Both the position numbers and the translations under genes were made by a program. A stretch of DNA of 64,000 bases. Origin: the human T2T-CHM13v2.0 reference genome, Homo sapiens. The stretch lies in the NCBI RefSeq assembly GCF_009914755.1, contig NC_060941.1; one strand, written 5' to 3'. Below, one piece after another: positions 1-20,790 of the stretch (positions within the stretch are counted from its first letter, which is position 1; each line of letters opens with the position of its first letter). Under the pieces are notes generated by a model, which was not told the origin of the DNA, did not search any database, and was given only the letters and a program-made list of their open reading frames with translations.

Positions 1-256
1 TGTGTGATATGTTTGCCTGAGTGGGAGAAAAAGGGATAAAACTGCATCAAGCACCGCGTCACTTAACTCTATCTTATCTCGGTGCCAGCTGGTGGCTGGG
101 CTGGGCTGTGCCTGGCTGTCCTTGGGAGGGTGGCTCATGTGTAAATGTCATTGTCCTGGGGCAGGACAAGGCTGAGCATAGCTGATCAGAGCAGGGGTGG
201 TGAGGCAGAAGCAGGATTTCATCTTCACTGTTTTTGGCTCTCTAGGCCAAGGCTAG

Positions 257-855
<599 letters not shown>

Positions 856-1068
856 CAGTTCAGATGTTTTTGAGGGTGGCAGTCATGCCTTCTGCCCACC
901 CTGGCACCCCCTCTGGAGTCCTGGACACAGCGCTGGAGCTTGCATGAGGCTGGTCACCACTGGTGCTCATGTCTGCTCTAGCGCCTTCCAAGCTCCCAGG
1001 CATCATTTGGGAAATCCTTCTGGTCAGAAGCTGCCATGTGCTCCGACTTGAGAGTCTGCCTCGCTTCC

Positions 1069-1138
1069 TAGAGACCGGCCCCAGGAGCTTATCCAGTGTC
1101 CAGTAGAGACCGGCCCCAGGAGCTTATCCAGCATCCAG
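1069..1138. repeat. 35-bp tandem duplication
   Basis: tagagaccggccccaggagcttatccag(tg/ca)tccag twice. Confidence 0.92.
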
Positions 1139-2861
1139 GGGGAAAAGGCAGGGGAGAGGGGCTCAGCTCAGGGAGTGTTGGATGCTGCGCCCTTTTGACC
1201 GGGACTCAGGGCCTTGAACAATAATCATATGTGCCCTGGTGCCATGAGCGTGGACACCTTGTGCCTGATGGGGAAAAATAGACAGCATGACTGTGTGTAT
1301 GAGCGTCCAGTGACCGGTGATGTTAAAACCAGCTCTGTCCTCCTCTGGACTGTGTGTTTCTGGAGAGCCAGGGCTGCTGTCCATCAAGGTGCCTGCGAGC
1401 CATCTCCAGAGGCCCTCTGCTAAGCCCAGAGTCGCCCTATAGCATCTGGTGGGGGCTTGTTTTACTTCCCCTCCCTGCGTGCTTTTCCTTGCTGGGCTCC
1501 TAGCCTTACAGGGGAGCAGCTGTCATTCTCACCATGGGCCCGAAGAGGACCTGAGGGTGATGCCCTCCTGCTTGATCATTCTTCCTTTCCCCCATCATGG
1601 CTCTTAAAGGCCAGGCCCATTGAGGAGGAGCTGTGGCTGCTTGGGAGAGGGCCAGGTGGAGGAGGCGGTGAGCCTGTGCTGGACCCAGCTCTGTTGTGCA
1701 CACAGGCAGGTGAGTGTCTGGCAGAGCAGCCAGACTGGAGCCTACGGTGGTAATGTCCAAGGCCGTACATAGAAGGAGGCTGGCAGCTCTAGCTGAGAGG
1801 TAGCAGGAGCTGGTGCCTGCTTTTGTGTGTGTGTGAGAGTGTGTGCACACACCTAGGAGCTATCTCAGCCCTGCTGGTTTCTTGAGCCAGTTACAGCCTG
1901 GATCAGGCGGGAGAGTCCCCCCTCTCCAGCCATCAAAACTTACATCAACAAGGTCCAGGAAGAAAGAAAGAGGAAGGGAGATGGGGAGCAGGAGACAGGG
2001 ATTGCCAGGTTCAGGTTAATGGGGTGGAATGGATTCTCTGCCAAGCCAGGTAGTCCCCAGGCCCCTGATGTGGCTCCCTAGTTGGCCACAGGGAGGGCTG
2101 GTCAACTGCAGGGGCAGGCAGGGGTACACATGACCCAGGCCTAGCCTGGAAGTGTTCTCAGCCTGGTCCTGCTCCGTGGGCTCAGGGAGCCAGGCAGGAT
2201 GGGGTCTGGGCCTGGAAACCTGGAGGGCTGGGCTCTGTAGGGAGGGTGGGTTTCTGTCATGAAGAAGGTGTGGGGTTGGAACTGTCGCTTCGCTGGCAGG
2301 ACTTGGGCTGGGAAGAGGGGCAGAAGGATTCTCTGGAGGTGGCAGTGGGGGTGCTTTGATCATTTACGCAGGACCTGGGGGTTGGGCTGACTCTCTCTGC
2401 TGCTTCAGAGCGGGGCTGTAGAGGAGGACACACTTGTAAAGTTGGGGGCTTTGACGGCTCAGCCCGGCCCTCTTCGGCTTTTAATACGGTTCTCCCAGCC
2501 CCCTCGTCCCCTCCTGGGTACAGCCAGAGCTTGTTCAGGACACTGGAGTCCCTCACCCGGGAATTCCCCAGGCTCTGCCCAGCTGGCCCTGTTGTGCAGC
2601 CGTGGCTCTGAAGGCTGATCCCATGCCAAACCGTCTGCTTGGTGATGGGACCGCACACAGCACTCCCCGGTCACCAGCGAGGGCCAGATGGAAAGTGGGG
2701 AGTGTGTGAGCGCGGCAAACTTGTCGCAGTCATGTTGCCATGGTGACACAACTCTGTTTAGCTGCCTCTCTACCGTCCTAGCCCACATGGACTAAGTTAA
2801 GTTTTACCTGCGGTTGCACGGCAGGCAGCCCTGTCTCCCGAGGACAGCTTTTTGACCAGGG

Positions 2862-2863
<2 letters not shown>

Positions 2864-2908
<45 letters not shown>
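2864..2908. repeat. (TG)22 microsatellite
   Basis: Uninterrupted TG run. Confidence 0.97.
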
Positions 2909-2911
<3 letters not shown>

Positions 2912-2994
2912 TGCAGAGGGGCTCAAGGGAGAATGAATCCGCGTTTCTCCCCTCCTCTTCTCACACCCAGCCCCAGTCCTGGATCTCTTTAGCC

Positions 2995-3161
2995 CCGTGG
3001 TTCTCAGACTTTGCCGTGTAGCAGAATGACCTGGAGAGCTCGTTGGAGCGCAGGTTCCTGGGCTCATCACTGGAGAGCCTGGTGTGCACCTGCAAATGTG
3101 CATGTCTTTCGAGTTCCCAGGTGCCGCTGGTGGTCCAGGGACCATACTTAGAGTAGCACTG
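2995..3161. mobile_element. MER5A-like hAT-Charlie fossil
   Basis: Ends ccgtggttctc...gagtagcactg resemble the TIRs; degenerate 8-bp TSD ctttagcc/ctttagat. Confidence 0.75.
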
Positions 3162-3167
3162 CTTTAG

Positions 3168-3521
<354 letters not shown>

Positions 3522-3622
3522 TGCATTGTATGTTAAACTGTGTCCGAGAGCCCAGTCACTCTTGGAGGAGAGAAGGGAAGGCGCAGGCAGGTCCTCACTC
3601 ACCTCTTTTGGCCTCTTCACAG

Positions 3623-3707
3623 GAAGCAGGAGCTGGCCAACAGCTCGGATGCGACCCTCCCAGACCGGCCGCTCTCCCCTCCTCTCACGGCACCTCCCAC
3701 CATGAAG
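3623..3707 (+). CDS. RAP1GAP2: RAP1GAP2 coding exon (85 nt): (K)KQELANSSDATLPDRPLSPPLTAPPTMK
   Basis: Acceptor cttttggcctcttcacAG, donor AAG|gtaaga. The peptide matches the RAP1GAP2 N-terminal region as recalled. Ends in phase 0, compatible with the next exon. Confidence 0.96.
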
Positions 3708-5187
3708 GTAAGAGGCTTCGATTCAGGAAGGCAGGGAGGGGAGAGTGTGGGGAAGTTGTGAGGCCTTGCTGTGGCTTTGGCTCCAGGCCCAGCAGCGTCC
3801 GTCGCAGTGGGGCTGTGGAGTGTCCTGACACCTCGGAGGAGGTGATGTTCAGTTAAGCACCAGTGCGGGGGAAGCATGACAAGAGACTCAGGGTGTCTGT
3901 GTCAAGGGGCGGTGAGGACATTGGGGTTGAAATGGGGTTGGCAGGACTCTTGGTAATTGGTAGTGGAGTTTGGGAACAAGGGGCCCAGCCAGGAGGAAGC
4001 CGGGGGATAGAAGGCAGCTGCCCAGAAGGACTGCCTGGGGCTGGGCTGTGGCCCTCCTGGGACTTGAAGGGCATTTGCATGCTGGTCTGCCGGCCTCTGG
4101 CTGGCCCTTCTGAGCTGGGCCTGTTCACGGCAGTCCCCATGGAAGGGTTGGCTGGAGGTTCGGGTCGGGGTGGCAGTTATTTTCTTATCAGCACTTCCTT
4201 CGTGAGCCTTTTTCCTGGGGAGACCACAGTCCAGGCTGCTAGGCCCAGGACCTTCTCACTCCTGGACGGGAGCCGAGGGAGCAGTGCCCTTCTGCCACCA
4301 TGACCTTCCCCCATCACTTTTCAGTCCGACGCCTCGGCAGGATGGCCACACAGGCCTGAGCTGGTCCTCAGAGGAGACTTTTGGCTCAGCCAGTGTTTCT
4401 GCATAGGCTGGCATGCACGCTCTCCCTCCCTCCCTCCCTGCCTCCCTCCTTCCTTCACACTCTGTGGAGTGAGTGAGGACTAGTGCTGAAGAAGTCACCT
4501 GCCTCCTGAGTCATCTGAGGGGACATCTAGGCCAGCTCCTCTCTGTCCTGGGGCTGTGCTCTGAGTGGCTCACAGGGAGATCATCAGGCATCTCTTCCTC
4601 ACTGCTCTGCATCACCCCTCCTCTTCCCTGAACCTAATCTTTTGCAAGATGACAACCCATAGGAAGCAGATAAAACCCATCCATCTTCCTGTTGTTGTCC
4701 TGTATCCGATACCCATCACATACAGAGCCATGTGGTATGCCTCGAGGAGCCTGTGTGTTGAGGGGTAGCCAGAGCCTGCCCTGGGTGGGTTAAGTGGTCA
4801 GCGGTGGGCGGGGGGGCAGGACAGGGTGCAGGGCTGACCAAGGAGAGCTGTGCTGTCTTCCTTGTGCAGTACCCAGAGGGCAGTGGAAGCCAGACCACCT
4901 TCACTAGCCTAGTGCCTGCCCCAGCACCCAGCTCAGTGTTGGTATCTGAGCCGGGTGCTGGGCCAGCTCTTTGCACAGGGTAATGCTAAGAAGCCTGTCA
5001 CCATTCCGAGTGTCCCCTTGGTCTACAAAGGTGGCTGTGGGATGCTTGTCTCTGTCCTCACAGATGGCAGGAGTTTGCAGGGAGAAGTCTGACAGTCTCC
5101 TAGGAGGAGTCCCTGAATTCTCTTGGCAGATTTTACTTACTCATGTACTCATTTAATTCATTTAATACCCAGTATTTATTTGAATTT

Positions 5188-5660
5188 TGTATTAGTTAGG
5201 ACTCTTGGTTGTAAGTGACAGAAACATAACTCACTCTGGCTTAGTCATAAAAGGGTATTTTTTGCCTTTGTAATTGCAAGCATAGACGGCAGGCATGACT
5301 GCATCCGCAAGATCAGTCTCATTCTTTCTCTCTTCTGTGTTGGTTTCATTCTTTGTCAAGCTGCCTTTGTGGCAGCCGAAGGGTGGTAGCAGCTCCTACC
5401 TGTGAAGTAACCCCAGTGAAAAGAAAAGTATTTTTTTCCCCCAGTAGTTCTAACAAAGTCCCAGGGAAGAAGCTCATTGGCTGGCTTAGGTCACATGTTT
5501 GTCCCTGAACCAATTACCGGCACCAGAAAGATGAAAGGCTCTGATTGGCCAGACCTGGGTCTCATGACCGCCCACCTAAACCATAAGAACTGAGAATGAG
5601 GGAGGGGTAGGTCCTAGAGGGAAATGGCGGTGGTACCATGAGAAGAAGGGGAAGGGATGC
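5188..5660. mobile_element. Old MaLR LTR (MLT1J/K-like)
   Basis: Starts tgtattagttaggactcttggttgtaagtgacagaaac; contains ctctgattggccagacctgggtc. Confidence 0.65.
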
Positions 5661-5739
5661 GGGGCAGGCAAGACCCACAGCTTTCCGCCACATGTGCGCA
5701 TGCTCAGCCAGGCCCAGTGCTCGGTTCTGGGGACCTTGT

Positions 5740-7800
<2,061 letters not shown>

Positions 7801-9059
7801 GGAGTGTGAGGAAATGTGGAAAGGAGGGAGTGAGGCAGGGGTGCTCAGGAATCTGGACCACAGCAGGGATTATTTTTAACATATTCTTTCAAAAAATGAT
7901 TTGTGAGCATCCACTGGGTGCCTGCCCCTGCTGCGCTCTCCCATGACAGGCTGTCGGGAGGGGCCTCAGGCAGGCCCGGAGCAGAGCAGCCTCAGGGAAA
8001 GCTCAGCAGCTGCAGTCAGGAGGTGTCCCTTCCTCCTCCTCCCCCGTGTTCTGTCCTTCTCCCCTTTGAGCTCAGCTCAGCAATTTCCCAGCCTGTGACT
8101 TTACTGCCCAGGCCCCAAGCACAAGGTCAGAGCTGGGAAGGGAGGAAGGGGTGAGGGATTGTCCTGGGGACTCAGACTGGGTGGGGGTCCTTCTGTGGTT
8201 GGGGTTGGGGGTCAGTGTGTGTGGTGTGCCTGGCCCGAGGGGTTCTCTTTGTGACTGTCATTTGGGTTCATTCTGTGGCTTAGCCTGTGGCTGCAGTTAG
8301 GAGTCTGTCTATGGCGAGGAGGTTTTTTCCCTTTGTGTGAAAGCTAACCACCCATGAGGGATTTAAAACCACAATCCTCACCTTACACCAGCCTGCTCAC
8401 CACAGGAGTGTCCCATCACAAAAGTGATGACATTGATGAAATAATATTGCAGCTCCTGCTTGCAGGCTGTCCGATTCTTTCCTTAACTTGAGTTCCCTGA
8501 GCATAGCGACTGTGTCCTATTCTTTAGGGCCCCCAGGCCCTGGCTTAGGGTGGGGACCTGGGACTTGTTTATGGTTGCTGACAGTAAGGGACATCTCGGT
8601 CAGAGGAGGTTGTTCTGCTCCTGACCCTCCACTCCTCTGCTTCTGGCTGGATCCTATATCCCAGCAGGCCTGGGCTCCACCTGCCACATCCCTGTCCTAG
8701 GGTGAGGCCAGGCCTCTGCTTGGTTGACACATCCCAGGTTATTATAGCACACTGAGGCCAGAGACGCCCTGGATGGAGGCTGGCCTCTCTCCGAGGGTCC
8801 CTGGCCCTGAGGGTTCATGAATCAGTTCTCTGTTCTTTGAGCCTCGGGCAGTGGGAGAAGGCTTCACCTGGTTCTCTTGGCAGTGCAGGCTCAGGGAGGG
8901 TGTGGCAGGGGCACCCCTTTGGTTGATTAGCTTGGGAGTCACAGAAGATTAGGGATGGGCGATCCATTTCCTTTATAGGTAAACCAGAAGCCCCAAGGTA
9001 GGAAATGACTCTCCCAACGCAACGCCGTTCCTCCTCGAGTCAACAGAATAAGTTACATT

Positions 9060-9337
9060 CTTTATTTTTATATTTATTTTTTGAGACGGAGTCTCACTCT
9101 GTCACCCAGGCTGAAATGTAATGGCGCGATCTCGGCTCCCTGCAACCTCCGTCTCCCAGGCTCAAGCAGTTCTCCTGCCCCAGCGCACCACCACACCCCG
9201 CTAATTTTTGTATTTTTAGTAGAGATGGGGTTTCCCCCTGTTGGCCAGGCTGGTCTCGAGCTCCTGACCTCAAGTGATCCGCCAGCCTTGGCCTCCCAAA
9301 GTGTTCAGATGACAGGCGTGAGCCACTGCACCTGGCC
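9060..9337 (-). mobile_element. Alu with internal ~30-bp deletion
   Basis: cctgccccagcgcaccacc lacks the usual gtagctgggattacagg block. Confidence 0.9.
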
Positions 9338-11218
9338 CACGATAAGTTAAATTCTAAGACCCAAACTAGTTTTGGTCAAGTGCTCGGCTCATCTCATGCT
9401 TGCTCATCTCACGCTTGCGGGCCCAGGGACGGCCTCTTGTGGCTCTCCCACTGGGAAGGGCTGGCTGGAGCAGTAGCTGGCCTCCAGCCTGAGAGTCTCT
9501 GCCGCGCTCCCCCCGGGCCCCCACCCTCACTGGCGTGCCTGCTGCTACCCGACCTATACGCACCCTCCCCCACCTCTTTGCTGTTTGTTTTGAAGGGGAT
9601 TTTTTTTTTTTGCTAATATGAAGCTGATAAAAAGCAACCAAAGAGATGCTGACCAGATGGGCTGAATAAGATCCCAGTTCCCAGCCAGAGCTCAAACTGG
9701 CTGGTGCCGGGTGGGCTGGGAGAGGGACTTGAGGCTGCGTCTGTGGGAATACCGTAGGTGGTTTCCAGGCCCATATTTTTTTTTGGAAGCTGATTTTCAT
9801 GCCCCAATGGATCAGCAGGCATTTAGGGAGGGGCAGTTGTATGCCCAGAATTGTGCTGGGTCCCCTGGGTCACATCGAAGCTGCAGTCCTCCACCCTCAG
9901 AGAGCCTGCCGTCTACAGGGGCCCTGACTGAGCCGGAGAAACCAGATGGCTCAGTGTGACAAGGCTCAGATGTGAAATGTGGCTTCTCAGTGGGGAGGAG
10001 AGGAGGGGGAAATGCTATGTGGGGAGGTGGGGTGGGATGGGGCGGGGTGGTGCAGCCGGAAGGGGCCCTAATGGCAAGCATGGGGGTCAGGGTGACCCCC
10101 TGGGACCATAGACAGTAAAACCTTCCCAGGCCCCGTGAAGTAAAGGGGTTGATTCTCCTGATTCTCTCGACGCTCATGGGAAGGACACAGAGCATTTCAC
10201 TGAAGTTCACTCTGCTGGGACTTGACCTGACCTTGTCCCTGGAGCCGCACCGGGCCCTGAGCTGGCTCGGTCAGCTGGGAGGTGGCCCTTGCTCAGCCTT
10301 CCACACCCTTCTTTGTGCAAGTCTGAGGGCAGCCCCTCTCAGACCTTCTCCTTTCCAGAAGAGGATAATGTGCGCTTGGAGTTCCCACTGCAGGGACCAG
10401 CAGAACGTCTGGTTCCTCCCTTGCTCCTTGGCACGTGGCTCTCCACGGCCAGGGAATGCCCCCACCGCCTCTATGGTAGGTAAGGCAGGTGTGCAGGCTT
10501 CCTATGGCAGGGAAGAGGATGGAGATCAGAGGAGCCTCCTCCTTGCCCCTCTCTATCCCTCTGGGCAGAGCTGGGCTGGGCCTCCCTTTCTGGCTCATGG
10601 ATTACCCACCGGCCACCCTCTCTCCCTGGGGTTGGGGGGTGGTGTTGGGGGGCTTCTGTTCCAGCTTGTAGCACAGCCCCCGGCCTGATTTCGTCTCTTC
10701 TTTTGCTCCTGGTTCCTGCCTCCTGTCTTCTGTTAGGCTGTGCAGGGAGACTTGCCCCTCATCAGGGTGGAGTGACAGTGTCAGCCCCCCATACATCCAC
10801 CGGCTCTGGATGGATGAAGGGAGGAGGCATTTGTGGGAGGGTTGACGGGAGCCTTTCTGGGCTGGGGCAGGAAGGGCTGAAGGACATCAGCAAGGAGGTT
10901 TGGTTTTTCCCTCTTCAAGAAAACCCTGTGTAGGGACAGGAGAGGACAGATATATATTCCCTCCATCCCTACTGCTGGAGGGAGGCCCTTGCTGAAGCTC
11001 TGTGGGTCCTGGGAGAGTCACCTCTGGTCTCCACATCGATTGTGTTTCTGTTGCCGCTCCGGACATGGTTGGGATACAACCCCATCTCCTCAGGAGCCAC
11101 TGCCCATTGTTCTCTTGACTCCATCCAGGAGCCAAGGAAGTTCACATCTGATTTAATGCAGGCATGAGGAAGGGCTTATTTGGCTACTGAGGGTGAGGAT
11201 GCTAACTAGGAGGCTTTA

Positions 11219-11536
<318 letters not shown>

Positions 11537-11624
11537 CATGAAGATGTCTGCATGTGCACCTACTTACCTGCATGCATTTCCCTCCTCACCTGTGCACACC
11601 TGAGCATGTGCCTATTTTCCCTAA

Positions 11625-14530
<2,906 letters not shown>

Positions 14531-15548
14531 AAGTGTACACGTGTGTTTGTTTATTGTCTCTCCAACCATGGTGTTTCTCTGCATCAGGGATGGAAAATAC
14601 GTGCCATCCGTGCCGTCAGTCCACCGTTTGGCTCCCGTGGCAGATACTGGTAATTGATCATGGCACTCTTTCCCAAGAGCTTAGACGTGGTCTCAGAATC
14701 CTGTTCAACAAAGCACCGTAGGCAGCCACTGGCAGTCATTTGGAGTTGTCATTTGAGATAAATCACTTCTGGCATCTCTGATTGAAATTGTCACAAGAGG
14801 TTATTTGCTGAAGGTCCCACAGCTGGTGAGTGGCAGAGCCAGGATGTGGGCTCAGGTTTGTCTGTGTGGGTCTGAAGCCTGTGCTGTCTTCCCCACCTCT
14901 ACAGACTGCTCTGCGTGAATCATTTCAACAGGTCGCTTCATCTCCGTGACCTCCAGTCTCTTCACTTGCATAATAGGGACGGTGGCCACCGGGAGGAGTG
15001 GGTGTGGGCAGTAATGAGGTCATCCACAGAATCGCTAGTGGAGCATCTGATACGCAGGTGCTCCGTGATGGACTGTGACGATGGCGATGGTGGCGATGAC
15101 AACCATGATGAGTGAGATGCAGATGCCCTTGAGAAACACACAGTCAGGGCTTCTCTCTAGGGAACCCAGAGTAGCTGGCTCATCAGAGTCCCTTGCCTCT
15201 TCTTATGTATCTTCGGGCCCGTGGCCTTCCAAGCTGGAGGCCCCAGAGCGGAGCCACGCTTCCTCAAGTTTGCTAATAGGGTGCGAGCCACGGGCTTCGG
15301 CCTAGGCGTCTAGGCCAGCTGAGCTGTGCTCCTTCTCTCTTTGTGGGAGGAACAGCTGGCTGGGTTCGTAGAATTCTCTTTCTGGGAACCTTCTTGCCCT
15401 CTCTGTTGATTCTCCAGCCCATCTTTCTTTCCTTTGGATTGGCCACATGATCCTGCCTGCCACAGGGGCGATTAATCCAGCTCCTTCGACCTGGTCCTGG
15501 ACCCCTCTGAGGTTCTTCTTAAGAAGTTGAAGCAATAGAGGGTTGTAG

Positions 15549-16354
<806 letters not shown>

Positions 16355-16421
16355 AAAGCTTACCCTCTTCTTAGCTGTATAACCTCTGTGCATCTCAGTT
16401 TCCTCATTTGTAGAATAGGGA

Positions 16422-17156
<735 letters not shown>

Positions 17157-17871
17157 AGGATAATAAGAGTACCTGCCCTGGGTGGCTGTAGTGAAGATTA
17201 ATTGAGATAATATGCCTTTATTGCTTAAAACAGAGGTATGCAGTAAGTGCTACATAAATATTAGTCATTATTATTCCTCCAAAAAACTTTGTTTCTGAAA
17301 TGTGCGGAGAATAGCAATGCTTAGAGAGACCATCTAGGGGGAAGTACACCAGGTTTTCGGTGAATATAGTTTGTCAGGACGCCCTGATTTCTGCCCTGCC
17401 AGGTGCCCACAGCTGAGGGGCCTGTCTGTGGAATGAATAAGGATTGAAATTGCATTTTGTGTGAGTGGCCTTCCAAGAGCCTTGTGGATCAGACTCCAAA
17501 CCCTGCCTGATAAATGTGGATGCCCTTGAGGGTCTTGGAAAAAGGCTAAAAACCAGGATCCAGCCCAGCATCTGAGCCAGACCTGGAGGAAGGAACATCT
17601 TTCTGGGTTGTGCTTTCACCTCTTGCCTTCTGAATCTGACCCAAACAGGGGTCTCCAGGGTGGCAGAAAGAACCTGCAGGGTCGCCATCCTCATGAAGGT
17701 TTTTGGGACTAGACTGAGTCGAGACTTGGATAATTCGGGGCTGGGAGCGTCCCAAGGCTGGCGTTGGAATGAGTTTTATGAGCAGTTTGTCCCTATCATA
17801 AGTTTCTTTCCTAACTTCTTTTGCCTGCAGCTGATATTAAAATGAGTCTGTATTTCGGGGACAGATGCTGA

Positions 17872-18570
<699 letters not shown>

Positions 18571-19455
18571 CTTTCCCCTTTTCTCGTCGTGCTCTCCTCC
18601 TCTTTCTGCCTGTTGGTGAGGGCTCGGCTCTGTCTCCCCTTGATGGCATTCAGAAGACTGATAGAGCACTTGGCATTCAGGGCGTCACCCAGGGGATGCC
18701 CCCAGGGGCCCCCCAACCCCCGCCCCAGGCATGCCACCTGCCTTTGGAAGCCTGACCAGCCATCCCACCCCAGAACTTAGCCCCTGGGTCTGTGACATCC
18801 CTGCCTGTTTTCAGGCCCTGCCTCCCCCGCTGGATGGTGCTGGGTCTGGGGACAGAGCCCTTGCCTCTTCCTGGGATTTAGAAACCAACTGTGTGACATC
18901 GTGCAGTTCAGTCATCTTCTGTGGACCTCGGTTTCCTCATTTATAGAACGGAGCTCACCCTGTAGGGTTACTGCAGGGATTAAAGGAGGAAGCAGGCGGA
19001 CGAGGGCTTCGTCAAGTGCCAGGCTTCTGCAGGTGTCGAATATCGGCACATAATGGACACCAGTGGTTGTTATCATGGTCAATATGCCAAACACGCATAG
19101 GGTGGTTTCATTGATAATCCCGCCCTTCTGCTCTGCCAACTGCCATAGACTCTACTCCACTGAGACCGGCTCAGCAGCGGGATGCTGCCAGATTCTGTGT
19201 TCTGCCACCCACCCCCATCCGCTACCCTCTTCCATGAGTGTCATTTACCCGACACTCAAGCCTGCTGTGTCTGGGACTTCAGAGGCCAGTGGATGGTGGG
19301 TTCTGTGTTGCTTCGTGAAGGGATGTCCCCTGCGTAGATCTGTGCCTCAGTGGGTTCCTCCTGTGTGTGCCCCTCCCGCTGGCTTCTTCTCCCGGAGCCC
19401 CCCCGGCAGACTCTGCTCTTGGCGGAGTGTGGAGCTGGAGTTTCAGGCCTTGGGG

Positions 19456-20790
19456 TGTAGATTTGATTCCTAGGGTTGCTGTAACAAATTACTGTGAACT
19501 TGATGGGTTGAAATAAAAGGATAAAAGGAATTTCTTATCTTTTTTTTTTCTTTTTTGAGACAGAGTCTCACTCTGTCACCCAGGCTGAAGTGCAGTGGCG
19601 TGATCTTGGCTCACTGCACCTTTCTGCCTCCTGGGTTCAAGCAATTCTCCTGCCTCAGCCTCCCAAGTAGCTTGGGATTACAGGCACCGGCCACCACACC
19701 CGGCTAACTTTTTGTATTTTTAGTAGAGACGGTGTTTTGCCATGTTGGTCAGGCTGGTCTTGAACTCCTGATCTCAGGTGATCCACCCGCCTCAGCCCCC
19801 CAAAGTCCTGGGATTACAGGCATGAGCTACCATGACCGGCCAGGAATTTATTTTCTCACAACTCTAGAGGCCAGAAGTCTGGAATTAAGGTGTCAGCAGG
19901 GCCGTTAAAGTGTCCGCAGGGCCTTTAAGGTGTCTGCAGGGTCGTTAAGGTGTCAGCAGGGTCGTTAAGGTGTCAGCAGGGCCGTTATGTGTCCTCAGGG
20001 CCGTTAAGGTGTCAGCAGGGCCGTTAAGGTGTCCGCAGGGCCGTTATGTGTCCACAGGGCCGTTAAGGTGTCAGCAGGACCGTTAAGGTGTCCTTAAGGT
20101 GTCCGCAGGGCCATGTTCCCGCCAGAGGCTCGAGGGGAAGCTCCTTGCCTGCCTCTTCCAGCGCCTGGTGGCTCCAGGCCGGGGACTGCACAGCTCTGCT
20201 CTCTTCCTCCGTCTTCTTCACATGTCTCCCTCCTCTTCTCCCTGGGGGTCTCTCCTCTGTGTGTCTCTTTTAAGGACACTTGTCATTGGATTTAGAGCCC
20301 ACCTGGGTAATCGGGATGATCTCATCTCAAACTCCTTCATATCTTAAAATTATATCTGTTATCTCAGTCTGTTCCAACTGTTACAACAAAATACCTTAGA
20401 CTGGGTAATTTACAAACAATAGCCATTTATTTCTCACCATTCTGGAGGCTGGGAAATCCCAGATCAAGGCTCCAAGAGACCCACTGTCTGATGAAGGCCC
20501 ACGTTCTGCGTCTAAGATGACACCTTCTTGCAGTGTCCTCACAGGGAGGAAGGCGGAAGGACAGAAGGGATTCGCTAGTCCCTCAGGCCTTCTATGAGGA
20601 CGTTAATCCCGTTCCCGAGGGTGGAACCTTTATTACCTGGTCACCTCCCTAGGCCTTGCCTTCTAATTCCATCACCTTGGGAGGGACATGTACATTCAGA
20701 CTGCAGCATGGGTAAAGACCCTTTTTCCGAATAAGGTTACACACTCAGGTTCCTGGATACAGACATATCTTTTTGGGGGCCACCATTACG
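19456..20790. mobile_element. MLT1C/D-like LTR with nested Alu (19541-19841), VNTR and second MaLR LTR (20360-20708)
   Basis: Outer LTR text resumes after each insert. Alu TSD aggaattt(c/a)tt(a/t)tct; outer end taaagaccctttttccgaataagg...tttttgggggccacc. Confidence 0.8.
19885..20113. repeat. 20-bp minisatellite (ttaaggtgtcagcagggccg), about 11.5 copies
   Basis: Counted directly; includes two 19-bp variants and one truncated unit. Confidence 0.95.

Noticed and set aside
1597-1715. Strong donor CAG|gtgagt at 1710 with an in-phase Kozak ATG at 1597 as an alternative coding exon
   Set aside because: The frame needed to join exon 3623 hits TGA at 1621 and again further on. At most a non-coding or cryptic exon, with no other support.
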